Shown: in pieces, positions 28,257-38,908 of the stretch
Position numbering within the stretch: position 1 is the stretch's first letter
Layout of the letters: the number at the start of each line of letters is the position of its first letter
Position numbers and translations under genes: made by a program
NCBI GenBank assembly: GCA_964566225.1
Contig: CAZMHV010000001.1
Coordinates: 149,963 to 213,962 of the forward strand
Source: an uncultured Gammaproteobacteria bacterium
Lineage (GTDB): Bacteria; Patescibacteriota; Patescibacteriia; Magasanikbacterales; UBA922
Reading direction: 5' to 3'
Length of the DNA stretch: 64,000 nt
Notes under the pieces: model-generated
What the model was told of the DNA's origin: nothing
What the model saw: the letters and a program-made list of their open reading frames with translations, nothing else
The model's database searches: none

Positions 28257-28727
28257 TTATATCTTACTTTTTAAAAGAGCCATTTCAACGGCAGTATATC
28301 CCCAGCCATAACCATGATTATTTTTTCCTTTTGACCGTGTGGTTGCTTGCTTTTGGTTGAGGCAAGTAAGTACTCCAAAAACTACTGGAATTTTTTCATC
28401 CACATTGAGTTCCATGAGTCCCTGTGCTACAGAATTTGCAATATATTCAAAGTGCATCGTTTCTCCTTTGATAAGACAGCCAAGCGCAACAATAGCATCA
28501 AATTTCTTTTTGCTCTCTTGCATGGTTTTGGCTGCAAAGGGAAGTTCATATGAACCAGCAACATCAATTACTGTTATGTTTTTTTCCAAAACACCACACT
28601 CTTCAAGCGCCTGGAGTGTTCCAATCGTAAGTCCGGTGGTTATCTCTTGGTTCCAACGTGCAACCACAATACCAATTTTGAGTTTTGATCCATTGAGCTT
28701 TGGAAACAATGATTCTGTTGTCTTCAT
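28257..28727 (-). CDS. ribH: 6,7-dimethyl-8-ribityllumazine synthase
   Basis: KIGIVVARWNQEIT...VIDVAGSYELPFAAK...ALGCLIKGETMHFEY. Confidence 0.9.
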   Translation of the reverse strand: MKTTESLFPKLNGSKLKIGIVVARWNQEITTGLTIGTLQALEECGVLEKNITVIDVAGSYELPFAAKTMQESKKKFDAIVALGCLIKGETMHFEYIANSVAQGLMELNVDEKIPVVFGVLTCLNQKQATTRSKGKNNHGYGWGYTAVEMALLKSKI

Positions 28728-28729
28728 AT

Positions 28730-29338
28730 TTATTTTTTGAGTGAGTAAATATTTTGAACCGTATCGACAATGATTTTTGTATCCGTATCTATTTCAATGT
28801 TTACTTTGCTTCCCTTTTTTTGAGACCCAAAGGTCGTTGCCCGCAGTGTTTCTGGAATAAGCCACACCGCAAAGGTCCCCTTTTTCTTATTGGTTTCGTT
28901 CACGGTAAGGCTGCAGCCATTGATTGCCAAAAAACCTTTGTCAAAAATATATTTCATCCAAACAGGTTTTACTTGAAAAATCATTTTGACATTTTCTTTT
29001 TGTTTGTCTATACGCAATACCGTAGCGACATCACTTACATGTCCAGAGACTCTGTGTCCTCCCACCTCGTCACCAAAAGTTACCGATGGTTCAATATGAA
29101 CCATATCATTTACTTTGATTCGTGATATATTGGTAGCTCGTAAGGTTTCTTGCATGATATCAAAAAACAAAACATTTTTTTGAATTTTGGTGACCGTGAG
29201 GCAGACACCATTGACTGACACACTCGATCCGATCTTACATTTCTTAAGAATTTTTTGTAAACGAATACGAATATGAACTAAATTTTTTCCTTCAAGAGCC
29301 TCTACTTGTCCAAGCTGCGATATAATTCCTGTGAACAT
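28730..29338 (-). CDS. ribE: Riboflavin synthase alpha subunit
   Basis: Two lumazine-binding repeats (MFTGIISQLG..., SVNGVCLTV); start set at MFTGII. Confidence 0.85.
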   Translation of the reverse strand: MFTGIISQLGQVEALEGKNLVHIRIRLQKILKKCKIGSSVSVNGVCLTVTKIQKNVLFFDIMQETLRATNISRIKVNDMVHIEPSVTFGDEVGGHRVSGHVSDVATVLRIDKQKENVKMIFQVKPVWMKYIFDKGFLAINGCSLTVNETNKKKGTFAVWLIPETLRATTFGSQKKGSKVNIEIDTDTKIIVDTVQNIYSLKK

Positions 29339-29342
29339 AGTA

Positions 29343-29684
29343 TTAAAATATTTGTCGTATGGTTTCAATATCTCGTTCTATTTTTTGTTTGAGTTTTTCT
29401 TCTGATTCGTAGACTTCAATTTCACTTACTTTTTGGACTGGCTCAATTTCCATATATAAACCATAACAGTCTTCACCTTCATAATCAAATAAGTAGGCTT
29501 CTACTTTTTTTACATCTTCTTGAATGATAAGAGCTGCCTTATATTCTTTTTTTCGTAAATATGCCTTGGCAGCATAGACACCATCTTTACACTTGGTAAC
29601 ACGTGGAGCAATATTAAGATTGGCTGTGGGATATCCCAAGCCTTTACCTAATCCATCTCCGTGTACTACAATTCCTCCAAACAT
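29343..29684 (-). CDS. Monofunctional riboflavin kinase (RibF C-terminal-domain homolog only)
   Basis: RFK motif GDGLGKGLGYPTANL. At 113 aa there is no room for an N-terminal FMN adenylyltransferase domain. Confidence 0.75.
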   Translation of the reverse strand: MFGGIVVHGDGLGKGLGYPTANLNIAPRVTKCKDGVYAAKAYLRKKEYKAALIIQEDVKKVEAYLFDYEGEDCYGLYMEIEPVQKVSEIEVYESEEKLKQKIERDIETIRQIF

Positions 29685-29685
29685 A

Positions 29686-30936
29686 TTATTTTTTTGTAGT
29701 TAAAATTTCCATTGCTTTTTCTATACCGAGATCACGGTATCCTTTGGGGGTTTTTTTGTCTTCTTTGAGTTGATCACCCTCTATAACAACATCTGGAGTA
29801 ACACCGAGTTTATCAATAGCACGATCTTTGGGAGTAAACCAGTTTGCAATGGTGAGTTTCAGAGCTGACCCATCATCGAGTGGTTCAACGGTTTGTACAG
29901 ATCCTTTTCCAAACGTTTTTTTGCCTACCAAGGTAGCAAGCCCATAATCTTGAAGTGCTCCTGCTACAATTTCTGATCCAGAAGCGGTCCCTTCGTCAAC
30001 CAATACTACGGTAGGAATTCCCAAAAATCGATGATTTCCTATACTGGTGTATTCTTTTACTGTTTTATCATTGAATCGTTCACGCACAATGACTCCTTCT
30101 TTGATCCATTCACTCGCTACTGCTACCGAAGTATCCAAGTACCCACCTGGATTACTTCTCATGTCCAAAATCAATCCTGTTGGGTGAATAGCCAAGATTT
30201 CAGCAACACTTTTGCGAAATTGTTCCATGGTTTCTTGATTGAAAATACTCACCCGTAGGTATGCTACTCCCTTGTCTTTTTTTTCCCAAACTACTGTCGG
30301 AACCACAATTTTATCTCGTTTTATGACAATATCCTGCATTTTTTCGGGCCCTTCGTGGCTCAGGGTCAAGGTTACTTCAGTACCATGTTCACCACGGATC
30401 ATTTTGACCGCTTCTTCTACTTCAAGAGTGGTGGCATCTTTTTTATCAATAGCATAAATTTTATCTCCTGGCCTTACTCCAGCTTTTTCGGCAGGTGAAC
30501 CAGGAAGTGGTGCAATAATGGTAAGGAGATTGTCTTTTTTACCAATTTCAGCACCAATGCCTTCAAATTTACCAGAAAGATCTCCAGCAAATTCTTCGGC
30601 CTTTTTAGGAGGAAAATATACGGTATAGGGGTCTTCGAGACCAGCTACCATTCCTTGGATCGCTCCATAAAAAAGTTTTGTTTCATCAACGGGTTGATGA
30701 ACATAACTTTTTTTGACCATATCCCACACTTGCCAAAATTGATCAAACTTTACTTCGCTGGAGCGAGTTTTGGAATACAAATCGAGTACTTTGGTAATTT
30801 CAACATTACCACTGCTATCGGTGAGTTGTTTTTGAATATTGTGAGTGGTGCCAGCAAAAAATCCAAGTACAAATGCCAGGACTATATTGATAAGGGCAAC
30901 GGCTATAAAAATTTTCTTTTTGGAATGTGATTCCAT
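29686..30936 (-). CDS. ctpA: Carboxyl-terminal processing protease (S41) with PDZ domain
   Basis: N-terminal TM, PDZ (PGSPAEKAGVRPGDKI), and an S41 catalytic region (GTASGSEIVAGAL, VGKKTFGKGSVQ). Confidence 0.85.
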   Translation of the reverse strand: MESHSKKKIFIAVALINIVLAFVLGFFAGTTHNIQKQLTDSSGNVEITKVLDLYSKTRSSEVKFDQFWQVWDMVKKSYVHQPVDETKLFYGAIQGMVAGLEDPYTVYFPPKKAEEFAGDLSGKFEGIGAEIGKKDNLLTIIAPLPGSPAEKAGVRPGDKIYAIDKKDATTLEVEEAVKMIRGEHGTEVTLTLSHEGPEKMQDIVIKRDKIVVPTVVWEKKDKGVAYLRVSIFNQETMEQFRKSVAEILAIHPTGLILDMRSNPGGYLDTSVAVASEWIKEGVIVRERFNDKTVKEYTSIGNHRFLGIPTVVLVDEGTASGSEIVAGALQDYGLATLVGKKTFGKGSVQTVEPLDDGSALKLTIANWFTPKDRAIDKLGVTPDVVIEGDQLKEDKKTPKGYRDLGIEKAMEILTTKK

Positions 30937-30973
30937 AGGTGAAATAAAAGATGTGAAATGAAATTTTGAAAAA

Positions 30974-32275
30974 TTAATCTATACGTTCAATTTTTACACC
31001 TATACTGTGCAAACGTTCAATTAAATTTTCGTATGCTCGTTCAATTGGGTAAATATTTCGTAAAATGGAAGTCCCTTTGGCGGCGCACATAGCAATGAGT
31101 AAGGCCATGCCGGGACGGATAGCAGGTGGACAAACAACTTCGTTGCCTATGAGCTTGGTAGGTCCTTGTACGAGCAAACGGTGTGGGTCCATGAGGATCA
31201 CGTTGGCACCGAGTTTTTGAAATTCAAGGCTATACACCGCTCTATTTTCATATGGCCAGTCGTGTACCAATGTTTGACCCTTGGCTTGCGTGGCAATAGG
31301 AACAAACAGAGGGAGACTATCAATATTTAAACCAGGAAATGGTCGACCATAAATCTTATCAGGGAGTGCTTTGAGTGTAGAGGGTTCAATGACCACATCT
31401 GCCACATCAAAAAATTTACTTTTGGATTTTCGTCTGTTGATAAGGGTAAATTTTTGTCCCATTACACGGAGTTTTTCAAGTTCAAGTTCCAAAAATTCAA
31501 GAGGACAATTTTTTATGGTCATCTTGGATTTAGTAGTCACTGCCAGTGAAATCCAGGCCATAGCGTCAACTGGATCTGGAACCATATAGTAGTTACTCAC
31601 TGGTTTTAGTTTTTTTACGCCTTCAATGACCAGTGTTGTCGTACCAATACCAGAAATTTTGGCACCTGCTTGTACCAAAAAGTTACACACATCTTGTACC
31701 ATATAATTGGCCGATGCCATTTTGAGTGTAGTAGTGCCTTTGGCCAGCACGGCTGCCATCACTGCATTTTCGGTTGGGGTATCTCCGGACTCATACATGA
31801 CAATATAGGCAGCCCTCAGTGGATCATTTTTTACATCGTAGTACTCATCTTTGGACTCTACGTGGATACCAAACTGCTCCAGTACCAAGGTATGTGGTCG
31901 AATACTTCGAGCACCAAGTTTACATCCACCTGTCTTATACAATTTGAAAGTCTTTTTTCGTGCAGCCAAAGCTCCGAGGAGCAAAATAGATACACGAGTG
32001 TTACTACACACCTGCTTGTTTATTTTTTCCATCAAAAGAGGACCACTGGCATCAACTTCCAAAGTTTGTTTGTCTCCCCAAGTCACCTTGACCCCAATGC
32101 TTTCCAAAATCTCAATCATGCGAAAGACCTCTTCTACCTTGGGCATTTCTCGAAAAGTGGTTTTTCCTTCAATAAGAAGAGTCGCACACAAAAGTGCTAC
32201 GGGAGAGTTTTTTCCTGAACCAACTACAATCTCACCTCCGAGTTTTTGTCCACCTTGAATTTTATAATAAGGCAT
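30974..32275 (-). CDS. murA: UDP-N-acetylglucosamine 1-carboxyvinyltransferase
   Basis: EPSP-synthase fold with the MurA signature (KIQGGQKLGGEIVVGSGKNS, catalytic Cys region KLGARSI...); start set at MPYYKIQGG. Confidence 0.9.
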   Translation of the reverse strand: MPYYKIQGGQKLGGEIVVGSGKNSPVALLCATLLIEGKTTFREMPKVEEVFRMIEILESIGVKVTWGDKQTLEVDASGPLLMEKINKQVCSNTRVSILLLGALAARKKTFKLYKTGGCKLGARSIRPHTLVLEQFGIHVESKDEYYDVKNDPLRAAYIVMYESGDTPTENAVMAAVLAKGTTTLKMASANYMVQDVCNFLVQAGAKISGIGTTTLVIEGVKKLKPVSNYYMVPDPVDAMAWISLAVTTKSKMTIKNCPLEFLELELEKLRVMGQKFTLINRRKSKSKFFDVADVVIEPSTLKALPDKIYGRPFPGLNIDSLPLFVPIATQAKGQTLVHDWPYENRAVYSLEFQKLGANVILMDPHRLLVQGPTKLIGNEVVCPPAIRPGMALLIAMCAAKGTSILRNIYPIERAYENLIERLHSIGVKIERID

Positions 32276-32356
32276 AAGAGAAAAAAATTGCAAAAATGGC
32301 TAAAGTACGGTATTATTGTATCGTATATTGCTTTGTCTGTCTACCCATATATTTTT

Positions 32357-33721
32357 ATGTCAAATAAGCCACAAAAACCAATTCCTCCCCTCCCCTATCC
32401 TCTTTCACGCAAAACTCGGGTGGCTATTATGCTGACTTTGCTGAGTGTCTTTTTGATTTTGACTCCTGTTATTGTGATGTATGCCCGTGGATATACCTAT
32501 GATTTCAAAGAAAAAACCCTTATCCATGGAGGAGCCCTGAGTATTGAAACCACCCCCCGAGACGTTACTATTTCAATGAATGGTATCACCCTCAGTACTC
32601 TCCCCCCAGTGCGTTTACCAAATGTTTTGCCTGGGAATTATCACATAAAAATTGAAAAGGACGGATACTTCACTTGGGAAAAAAATATTTCTTTGGTGAG
32701 CAATCAAACCACCTATCTCCACGATATTGATTTGTTTCCTCAGCAAAAACCTGAAATGGCAATAACAAATGCCAACAATATTGTTCGTTTTTTTGCGTCT
32801 CCAAGTGCAAATGCTCTTTTGCTTTTGCGAAAACAGGGAGAAAATTTTGAATTGTCGCTCTACAACCCACTTCTTTCGCAAGAAACTTTTATCACCAAAA
32901 TTCTCTCTCCCAAGGTACCACCTCAAGTTGAGTGGTCACCAAGTGGTGAATTGATACGTATTGAATCAGTACGTGGAAATGAAAAAAACATCATGCTGCT
33001 CAATCCACTGAATCCAACCCTCATACAAACCAATAGTACCTCGAGTGAGGCAAACCAAATATTTCAATGGGAAGAAGGGTTACTTTCTACCGCACTTCTG
33101 TTGCAAGAAGGTACACAAATTCAAAGAATTGATTTAAATTCACTCCGTACGGTTTTTGATGTTACGCCATCTACTACCTCTTGGTACGCAGAAAATCAAA
33201 ATATTCTATGGCAGTATGCAGATCATACACTGAGTAAATACAAAAATGGAGTTGAAGTTTTTTCTGTACCTATCAAACAAAGTATCACTTCATTTTTGCA
33301 AACCAATCAAAACAGAATTCTGGCAACCAACGGAAGTAATTTGGTTATGATGGTACTCAAAGAAGATGGTACGGTAGAAGAAAATGAACTCCCCCTTTCG
33401 CATATATCCATGGTCAAAGACCAAGACTATTACTTAGCATGGCAAAATGGTGAACTGTGGGCTTTGTCTCCAGAAGGCACCGCGACACTTATCAATCGTT
33501 TCAGTGACGATATTATGTCAGTTATACCACTGACCAAAAGTGGCACCTTGCTGATTGCTACCCAAAATAAACTGTATACATTTCATCCTCGATACTATAT
33601 CACTCACGAACTTGTTTCCGCCGAAAATATTGAACGCGTGAGTGTTGATACCAGTAGTCGTCAAATCTTTTTTTTGGGAACGGTTGAAGGAAAAAATGCA
33701 GTTTGGAAGTTGGGGTATTAG
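32357..33721 (+). CDS. Membrane-anchored PEGA-domain protein with a large C-terminal beta-rich domain
   Basis: TM helix followed by a PEGA-like segment (DVTISMNGITLSTLPPVRLPNVLPGNYHIKIEKDGYFTWEK). The start was moved to the first Met outside the murA overlap. Confidence 0.55.
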   Translation: MSNKPQKPIPPLPYPLSRKTRVAIMLTLLSVFLILTPVIVMYARGYTYDFKEKTLIHGGALSIETTPRDVTISMNGITLSTLPPVRLPNVLPGNYHIKIEKDGYFTWEKNISLVSNQTTYLHDIDLFPQQKPEMAITNANNIVRFFASPSANALLLLRKQGENFELSLYNPLLSQETFITKILSPKVPPQVEWSPSGELIRIESVRGNEKNIMLLNPLNPTLIQTNSTSSEANQIFQWEEGLLSTALLLQEGTQIQRIDLNSLRTVFDVTPSTTSWYAENQNILWQYADHTLSKYKNGVEVFSVPIKQSITSFLQTNQNRILATNGSNLVMMVLKEDGTVEENELPLSHISMVKDQDYYLAWQNGELWALSPEGTATLINRFSDDIMSVIPLTKSGTLLIATQNKLYTFHPRYYITHELVSAENIERVSVDTSSRQIFFLGTVEGKNAVWKLGY

Positions 33722-36700
33722 GCAGCGTTACTTTGCCAGTCGTAGTTGGGAGTTGAATCAAGTTCTAAGTTTTCTTTTGTATTTTTTAGACTTACCCAGT
33801 ACACTTTCTCACCAGGGATAGTGTATTTTTGATTTACGTGACTTCCGCCAATGGTATCCACGTACTCGGTATCTCCAGGTCCACCGTAGGATACGAGTTG
33901 TCCATCGTACGGAGGAAGGATTTGGTTGGGTCGAAATTTGGCAGATACCACCAAATCTATGCCCATTTTGGTTGCTTTTTCTTGAGCGAGACGGAATAAC
34001 AGTTCATTACTGGTTTGAACAGAAGCGTCACTGCGGTGATAGCTGTGTTCCATGTTAATAACAGGTTTCTCCGCTTCTTCATCGTACAAAATTCTCATAA
34101 TGGCACGAGAAACAATATCGCCGGCTGCATCACGAACTACCACTGTTTTTACTTTGCCATCCATTAAGTAAGAAATAAGATTTCGGTTGAGACTTGGAGT
34201 ACCGTTCACATTCTGACAGGAACCAACCACATCAGTTCCCATACGTAACATAAGGTCAGGGTCTTCGGTTTCTTCAGCATAGAGTCCAGCAGTGGTATTT
34301 TGCACTGCTGGTTTTTCTTTTTGGAGTTCTCCAATGACGGTTTCCATATCACTCACATCTTGTAAAAATTGTGAGCCTTCGGTAAACGCTGCTTTTATTT
34401 CTGCCAGTAATTCAGATATTTTCTTTTCTTGCATGCCAGTCGAAGTTTTTTCTTTTATTATTCCTTCTTTGAATTGCTCCACTTTGAGTGACAAAAGTTT
34501 CATTGTGTTGTACAAAGCCACTGCTGTTTTTTCTGAAGCACTCAGATTTTTTTCTTTTTCAAAAGCGGCAACTTTGTCTTGCCAAACTTTTCTTATTTTG
34601 GCGCGTTCGATATCAGTACTCTCTAAGTACTGTTCCATAACTTCTTTAAATTCACCTTCAACGTGACTATGACGAATAGCTTCGGTAATAAATTCTTTGA
34701 CACGTTGTTTTACCATCATTTCACTATTTTCTGAAGTATCCGTCACTTCTCCTTTGTGGGAGAGTCGTGAGTCCATTTTCCACAATTTTTCTAAACGTGC
34801 GTCTCCGTTGAAAACTTTATCTAAATGTTCTCGGTGTTCATATCTTACGTGTGAAAGATTTCCTTTGGCTACTGCTTCAATGAATTTTTGAAACAAGGCA
34901 CGTTGGTGAGGGTATGCTTCCAATTTTGCTAAGTACACTACTACCAACTGAGGATTTTTGAATCTTTCAAGAAAACGATTGACTTCTTCTTTGCTAAGTT
35001 CAACTCCACACTTTTCGGCAAACAATTTTGGTACAAGATCTGAGAATTCATTGACAACTTGCTCTAGTTGCTGCTGTAGCACCTGAGCCGCTTGCTTTTT
35101 GTGCTCTGCCAAATCACGACCTTCAGGACCACGTGCTATTTGAGATTGTTTTTTTCTTATTTTTTGTTCAACTTTTTTGTATTGTTTTTCGTCATCTTGC
35201 ACAGTTTGTAGTTCTGCTGAAAGTGCCACTATCTCAGCTTGCAGGGGCTCTGACCATTCTTGTTTTTTTGCATTCAAAAAGTTACCATAATTTTGGTGTA
35301 CTTCCAAAAGTTTATTATTCATGAGAGTGAGTCCCTGACGAAAAAATGAACCTTGCAAAAAGGAACAACTTCTGAGGAGTTGACTCATTTCAAAAACTTT
35401 TTTCTTACACTCAGGGACTGCTTCCATAAGAGGAGTCGATCGATTGACAAAATTTCTTATATCATTTGCTTGTATCCCTTCACGAGTGATCTTATCTTGA
35501 TCTATTTTCTCATGCATTTCAACTAAAAAATATAAAAATCTGTCTTTATCTGTCTGTTTCTTGAGTACTTGTCCACTAAACATGTGGCCTGAAAACTCTT
35601 GTGCTTCTTTCACACTAAAATTAAAACTATTTGCTAGGAGGTGAAGTACTGGATATGTAGCTTCAGGGAAAGATTTAAGAATTTCTGCACTACAAGCCAG
35701 TGGAGACTGTTCAAAGATGTGAAATAAACGCAAACGTAAATTTTTATTGGCCAGAGCTTCTTGCGCTCCAATCATAGATAAAATAGAACGAATTTTATCT
35801 TGAGGAGAAAGAATTCTGAAATTTTCTTTTGCTCCTGTTACTTCCTCTGCTTTTTTTATGTGCTTTGCTATTTCTCCTACTTGTGCCCAGGCAAAGTCAA
35901 AATCTCTGTCAGTATTCAAATGTTTTTTTATAATATCGGCAATAACTTTACCACCTTGTTCTTCAAGCAAAGTCATTCTTCTGAGCAAGGATTCCCGCAT
36001 CTTCAAAGCAACATCAGTAGGCATTCTGTAACAGAGTGACCAGTCAAATGGTTGCTCTGGATTTTCGATTGCTTCTTGGAGAGCAGACTTAAATTTATTT
36101 ACATAGATTTCACAGCTTTCTTTGCCGCCTGTTTTAAATAAAAATTCTGACTCTGTATAATTATTGACACGGTGCTTAATACTCAAATGGTCTTCGGGCT
36201 GCTTTTCTGAAGATACAATCTCTAGGTTGTTACTTTGACCAATATAACGTGCCAAACAGGTTTGTTCTTGATCAGGAGTAAGCTCAATCACGCCTGCTTC
36301 CTGGTGCCAAAAAATGAGTCTTGCAGCCATACCATCGGTACAGATAGGAACCAGAGCGTCGGCTATTTTTTGACGGTATTCGGTAAGTCTTGTATCACTA
36401 AATGAAGTATCTAACAGTATCTCTACAACAGATACTTCTTGAGAGTCAATAATTCTTTGAACTATTTGGGGTATGAGTTCATTATCAACCTTATTTTTAC
36501 CATACGTGCTTCGAAGTATAATAAGTAAATTTTCAGCAGTTCCTCTTTCTAAAAGAGAACGGACAAAAAGAGAGTCGTCTTCTCGTGAAAATTCAACATT
36601 TTGATTTTGATGTCCAAGTCCACCAAGTATATCCATGAGCAGAGCTGAGCTTCCTACTTCAGCTATTCTCTTTTTTAAAATTTGTTGCTCTTGGGATGAA

Positions 36701-38883
36701 AAAGTGCAATGCATCCACGTATGTCCATTATACCCTGCACTCTGTGTGGATTTGTAAATAATATTTACACTTGCCTCATCTGTAGTAGGCAAAATCATTT
36801 TACAAATTCGTTCAAAGTGTCCTGGTCCTAATTGTAGACTATACTCATTACCCACTTTAATCTGATTCATAATCATTTGTGCTACCGCAGTATCACCTGT
36901 TGCGAGCATTTTTTCTATAATTTCTTTGCGAATATCTGAGCATTCTTTGGGTGAGGCAAAAGAATCTTCATAGGAACGCAATGAAAGATGGAGTTGAAAC
37001 CAAAATTTTGGATTTTCAAGTTTAAGAAACCCTTGGAGTAACTCTTTAAATGAAGCTTCTGAATTTTTGTCAATTTCTATACCAAAAAATTCTTTAAAAA
37101 AGGCAACCTCACCAGTTGTTTTTTTAGTACGACGAGAATAACCATGTTGGTGATACCCTTCATAAGTATTTTTAAACTGTCTAACAATTGGTTCAAAAAA
37201 TAAACATGATTTTGCATACTCTCTACGTAAAAATTCTTTTGTTTCTTTGCTGATCGCTGGTGATGCAAGTATTGGAGAAAAAAATTCTATTTTTTTGTTT
37301 TCATATTCAGGGTTCACAACGAGGCCAGGGTCAACAACTAACGCTTTGATTTGTTCCAAAAAAAGAAGACACCATTCTCTCAGAGCGTTCTCGACTTCTT
37401 CTTTTGTAAACTCTGGAAATTTTTCTTTGTACAATAAAATGGATTCAAAAAACTGAATCCTTGTTCGATAGGTATGAAGGTTACTTCGAGAGGAGTCCTG
37501 AGATACCTTTTGATTTTCAAAAAATTCTCTTTTTTCTTCTGGAGTTACGCCCCACAGTTCACCATTGAGAAGAGTGGAAAATGGATAGTCTGCTCTATTG
37601 GCTGCCATTGCTGCTTCTATCTGTTCATGTGAATTATATAACTGAAGAGCCAGATTGTCTTTTAGAATTTCATATTCGTCTGAAGTAATAGACACATAGC
37701 TTAAAAATTTGTCTGACAAAGGAAGACACCCTCTACCCACAGCAGCAAAAACCCTTTTAATGAGTTCAATTTTCTTTTTTGCAGGGAGCGCTCCTATTTC
37801 TTTATAAAAAACATCAGCATGGTTAATTATTTCTTTGGGATTCCACTGGTAGTATGCTTCAAAAAGTTGAACTCGAGTTTGGTCATCAATATAATCCGGA
37901 TTGAGTCCCTCGGAGGAATAATCTTCGAGAACAAACTCAGCCACCACTGCATTTCGTTGAGGAATATCACGTAATCTCTTGAGAACTTCTACTTGCTCGT
38001 CGTAGCTGCCCTTTCGTTGGTGTGGAGCAGGGGTATTAAGATCAATAACAGTAATAGCATAAATATCTGGATACTGTTTCAAAAATGCATTTTTTTGTTC
38101 AGTGATGAGCCTCTTTGCTGATTGTTTTGACTCTGAGTAAAGTAAAACTTCTTCTTTTTTTCTAAAATGTATTTGAATAGCTTTTTCAATCATTTTGGCT
38201 GTTTCGACATTTTGGTCAGGAGAAGCTTGCCAAAGCAAAAGAACTTGGTCAAGCATGTGTTCACGAACCTTTTCATCTGTCTCAATAGAAATTCTATGAA
38301 GACCATGACTTCCCAGAAGATCCATTATTTGTTGATTCAATATATCTCTTATAGGTTTATCTACCTGTCGCCATAATGTAGTATTCTCTCTTTGGGCCTG
38401 TATTGAAATAGCGTGTATGCTCTGTATTTCGGCCAACGGGAAGCTTTTTGGATCAGAATGTTTTCTTTGAGAGTACTGTTTTATCATTTTTTTCACTCTG
38501 TTTTCAAGTTCTCTAATGATTTTTGGATTATCTGTCACAGACAATTCTTGCTGTCTTTTTTGTTCCTGCCAATTTTTTACTGTTTCAATCGGTGCCGATA
38601 AGAATTTTCCTACTCTACCGAGAAACGAATTTTCAATCCGAGCGAGCTCTGCTTTGATTTCTTCGAGTTCACGTACCGTATCATGGTCTTCGGACATACC
38701 CGGGAGTGACTCCAGGGCATGACGAAGCTGAGCGCGCAGGTCTGCGGCTTGATCGGTAATGTGAGATTCGGCTTCTGAGAGTTTCTCTTTATCGGTAAGT
38801 TCAACTGGCTCAACTTTCTTTTCGTCGACACTTTCTAGATCAACTTCTCTAATTTTTTCTTCTTGGTCTGTTGGCATAGACAA
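33718..38883 (-). CDS. Giant hypothetical protein (1721 aa), soluble, largely alpha-helical/repetitive, with no recognised catalytic motif
   Basis: A single uninterrupted 5.2-kb ORF of native codon composition. It has an acidic low-complexity N terminus and a conserved-looking C-terminal ~200 aa (DVVGSCQNVNGTPSLNRNLISYLMDG...YGGPGDTEYVDTIGG). Confidence 0.7.
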   Translation of the reverse strand: MSMPTDQEEKIREVDLESVDEKKVEPVELTDKEKLSEAESHITDQAADLRAQLRHALESLPGMSEDHDTVRELEEIKAELARIENSFLGRVGKFLSAPIETVKNWQEQKRQQELSVTDNPKIIRELENRVKKMIKQYSQRKHSDPKSFPLAEIQSIHAISIQAQRENTTLWRQVDKPIRDILNQQIMDLLGSHGLHRISIETDEKVREHMLDQVLLLWQASPDQNVETAKMIEKAIQIHFRKKEEVLLYSESKQSAKRLITEQKNAFLKQYPDIYAITVIDLNTPAPHQRKGSYDEQVEVLKRLRDIPQRNAVVAEFVLEDYSSEGLNPDYIDDQTRVQLFEAYYQWNPKEIINHADVFYKEIGALPAKKKIELIKRVFAAVGRGCLPLSDKFLSYVSITSDEYEILKDNLALQLYNSHEQIEAAMAANRADYPFSTLLNGELWGVTPEEKREFFENQKVSQDSSRSNLHTYRTRIQFFESILLYKEKFPEFTKEEVENALREWCLLFLEQIKALVVDPGLVVNPEYENKKIEFFSPILASPAISKETKEFLRREYAKSCLFFEPIVRQFKNTYEGYHQHGYSRRTKKTTGEVAFFKEFFGIEIDKNSEASFKELLQGFLKLENPKFWFQLHLSLRSYEDSFASPKECSDIRKEIIEKMLATGDTAVAQMIMNQIKVGNEYSLQLGPGHFERICKMILPTTDEASVNIIYKSTQSAGYNGHTWMHCTFSSQEQQILKKRIAEVGSSALLMDILGGLGHQNQNVEFSREDDSLFVRSLLERGTAENLLIILRSTYGKNKVDNELIPQIVQRIIDSQEVSVVEILLDTSFSDTRLTEYRQKIADALVPICTDGMAARLIFWHQEAGVIELTPDQEQTCLARYIGQSNNLEIVSSEKQPEDHLSIKHRVNNYTESEFLFKTGGKESCEIYVNKFKSALQEAIENPEQPFDWSLCYRMPTDVALKMRESLLRRMTLLEEQGGKVIADIIKKHLNTDRDFDFAWAQVGEIAKHIKKAEEVTGAKENFRILSPQDKIRSILSMIGAQEALANKNLRLRLFHIFEQSPLACSAEILKSFPEATYPVLHLLANSFNFSVKEAQEFSGHMFSGQVLKKQTDKDRFLYFLVEMHEKIDQDKITREGIQANDIRNFVNRSTPLMEAVPECKKKVFEMSQLLRSCSFLQGSFFRQGLTLMNNKLLEVHQNYGNFLNAKKQEWSEPLQAEIVALSAELQTVQDDEKQYKKVEQKIRKKQSQIARGPEGRDLAEHKKQAAQVLQQQLEQVVNEFSDLVPKLFAEKCGVELSKEEVNRFLERFKNPQLVVVYLAKLEAYPHQRALFQKFIEAVAKGNLSHVRYEHREHLDKVFNGDARLEKLWKMDSRLSHKGEVTDTSENSEMMVKQRVKEFITEAIRHSHVEGEFKEVMEQYLESTDIERAKIRKVWQDKVAAFEKEKNLSASEKTAVALYNTMKLLSLKVEQFKEGIIKEKTSTGMQEKKISELLAEIKAAFTEGSQFLQDVSDMETVIGELQKEKPAVQNTTAGLYAEETEDPDLMLRMGTDVVGSCQNVNGTPSLNRNLISYLMDGKVKTVVVRDAAGDIVSRAIMRILYDEEAEKPVINMEHSYHRSDASVQTSNELLFRLAQEKATKMGIDLVVSAKFRPNQILPPYDGQLVSYGGPGDTEYVDTIGGSHVNQKYTIPGEKVYWVSLKNTKENLELDSTPNYDWQSNAA

Positions 38884-38908
38884 AAACCTGCACCAAAGCA
38901 GGTTGGGA

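Noticed and set aside
31670-32258. Two + strand ORFs of 182 and 135 aa
   Set aside because: Antisense to murA; no motifs.
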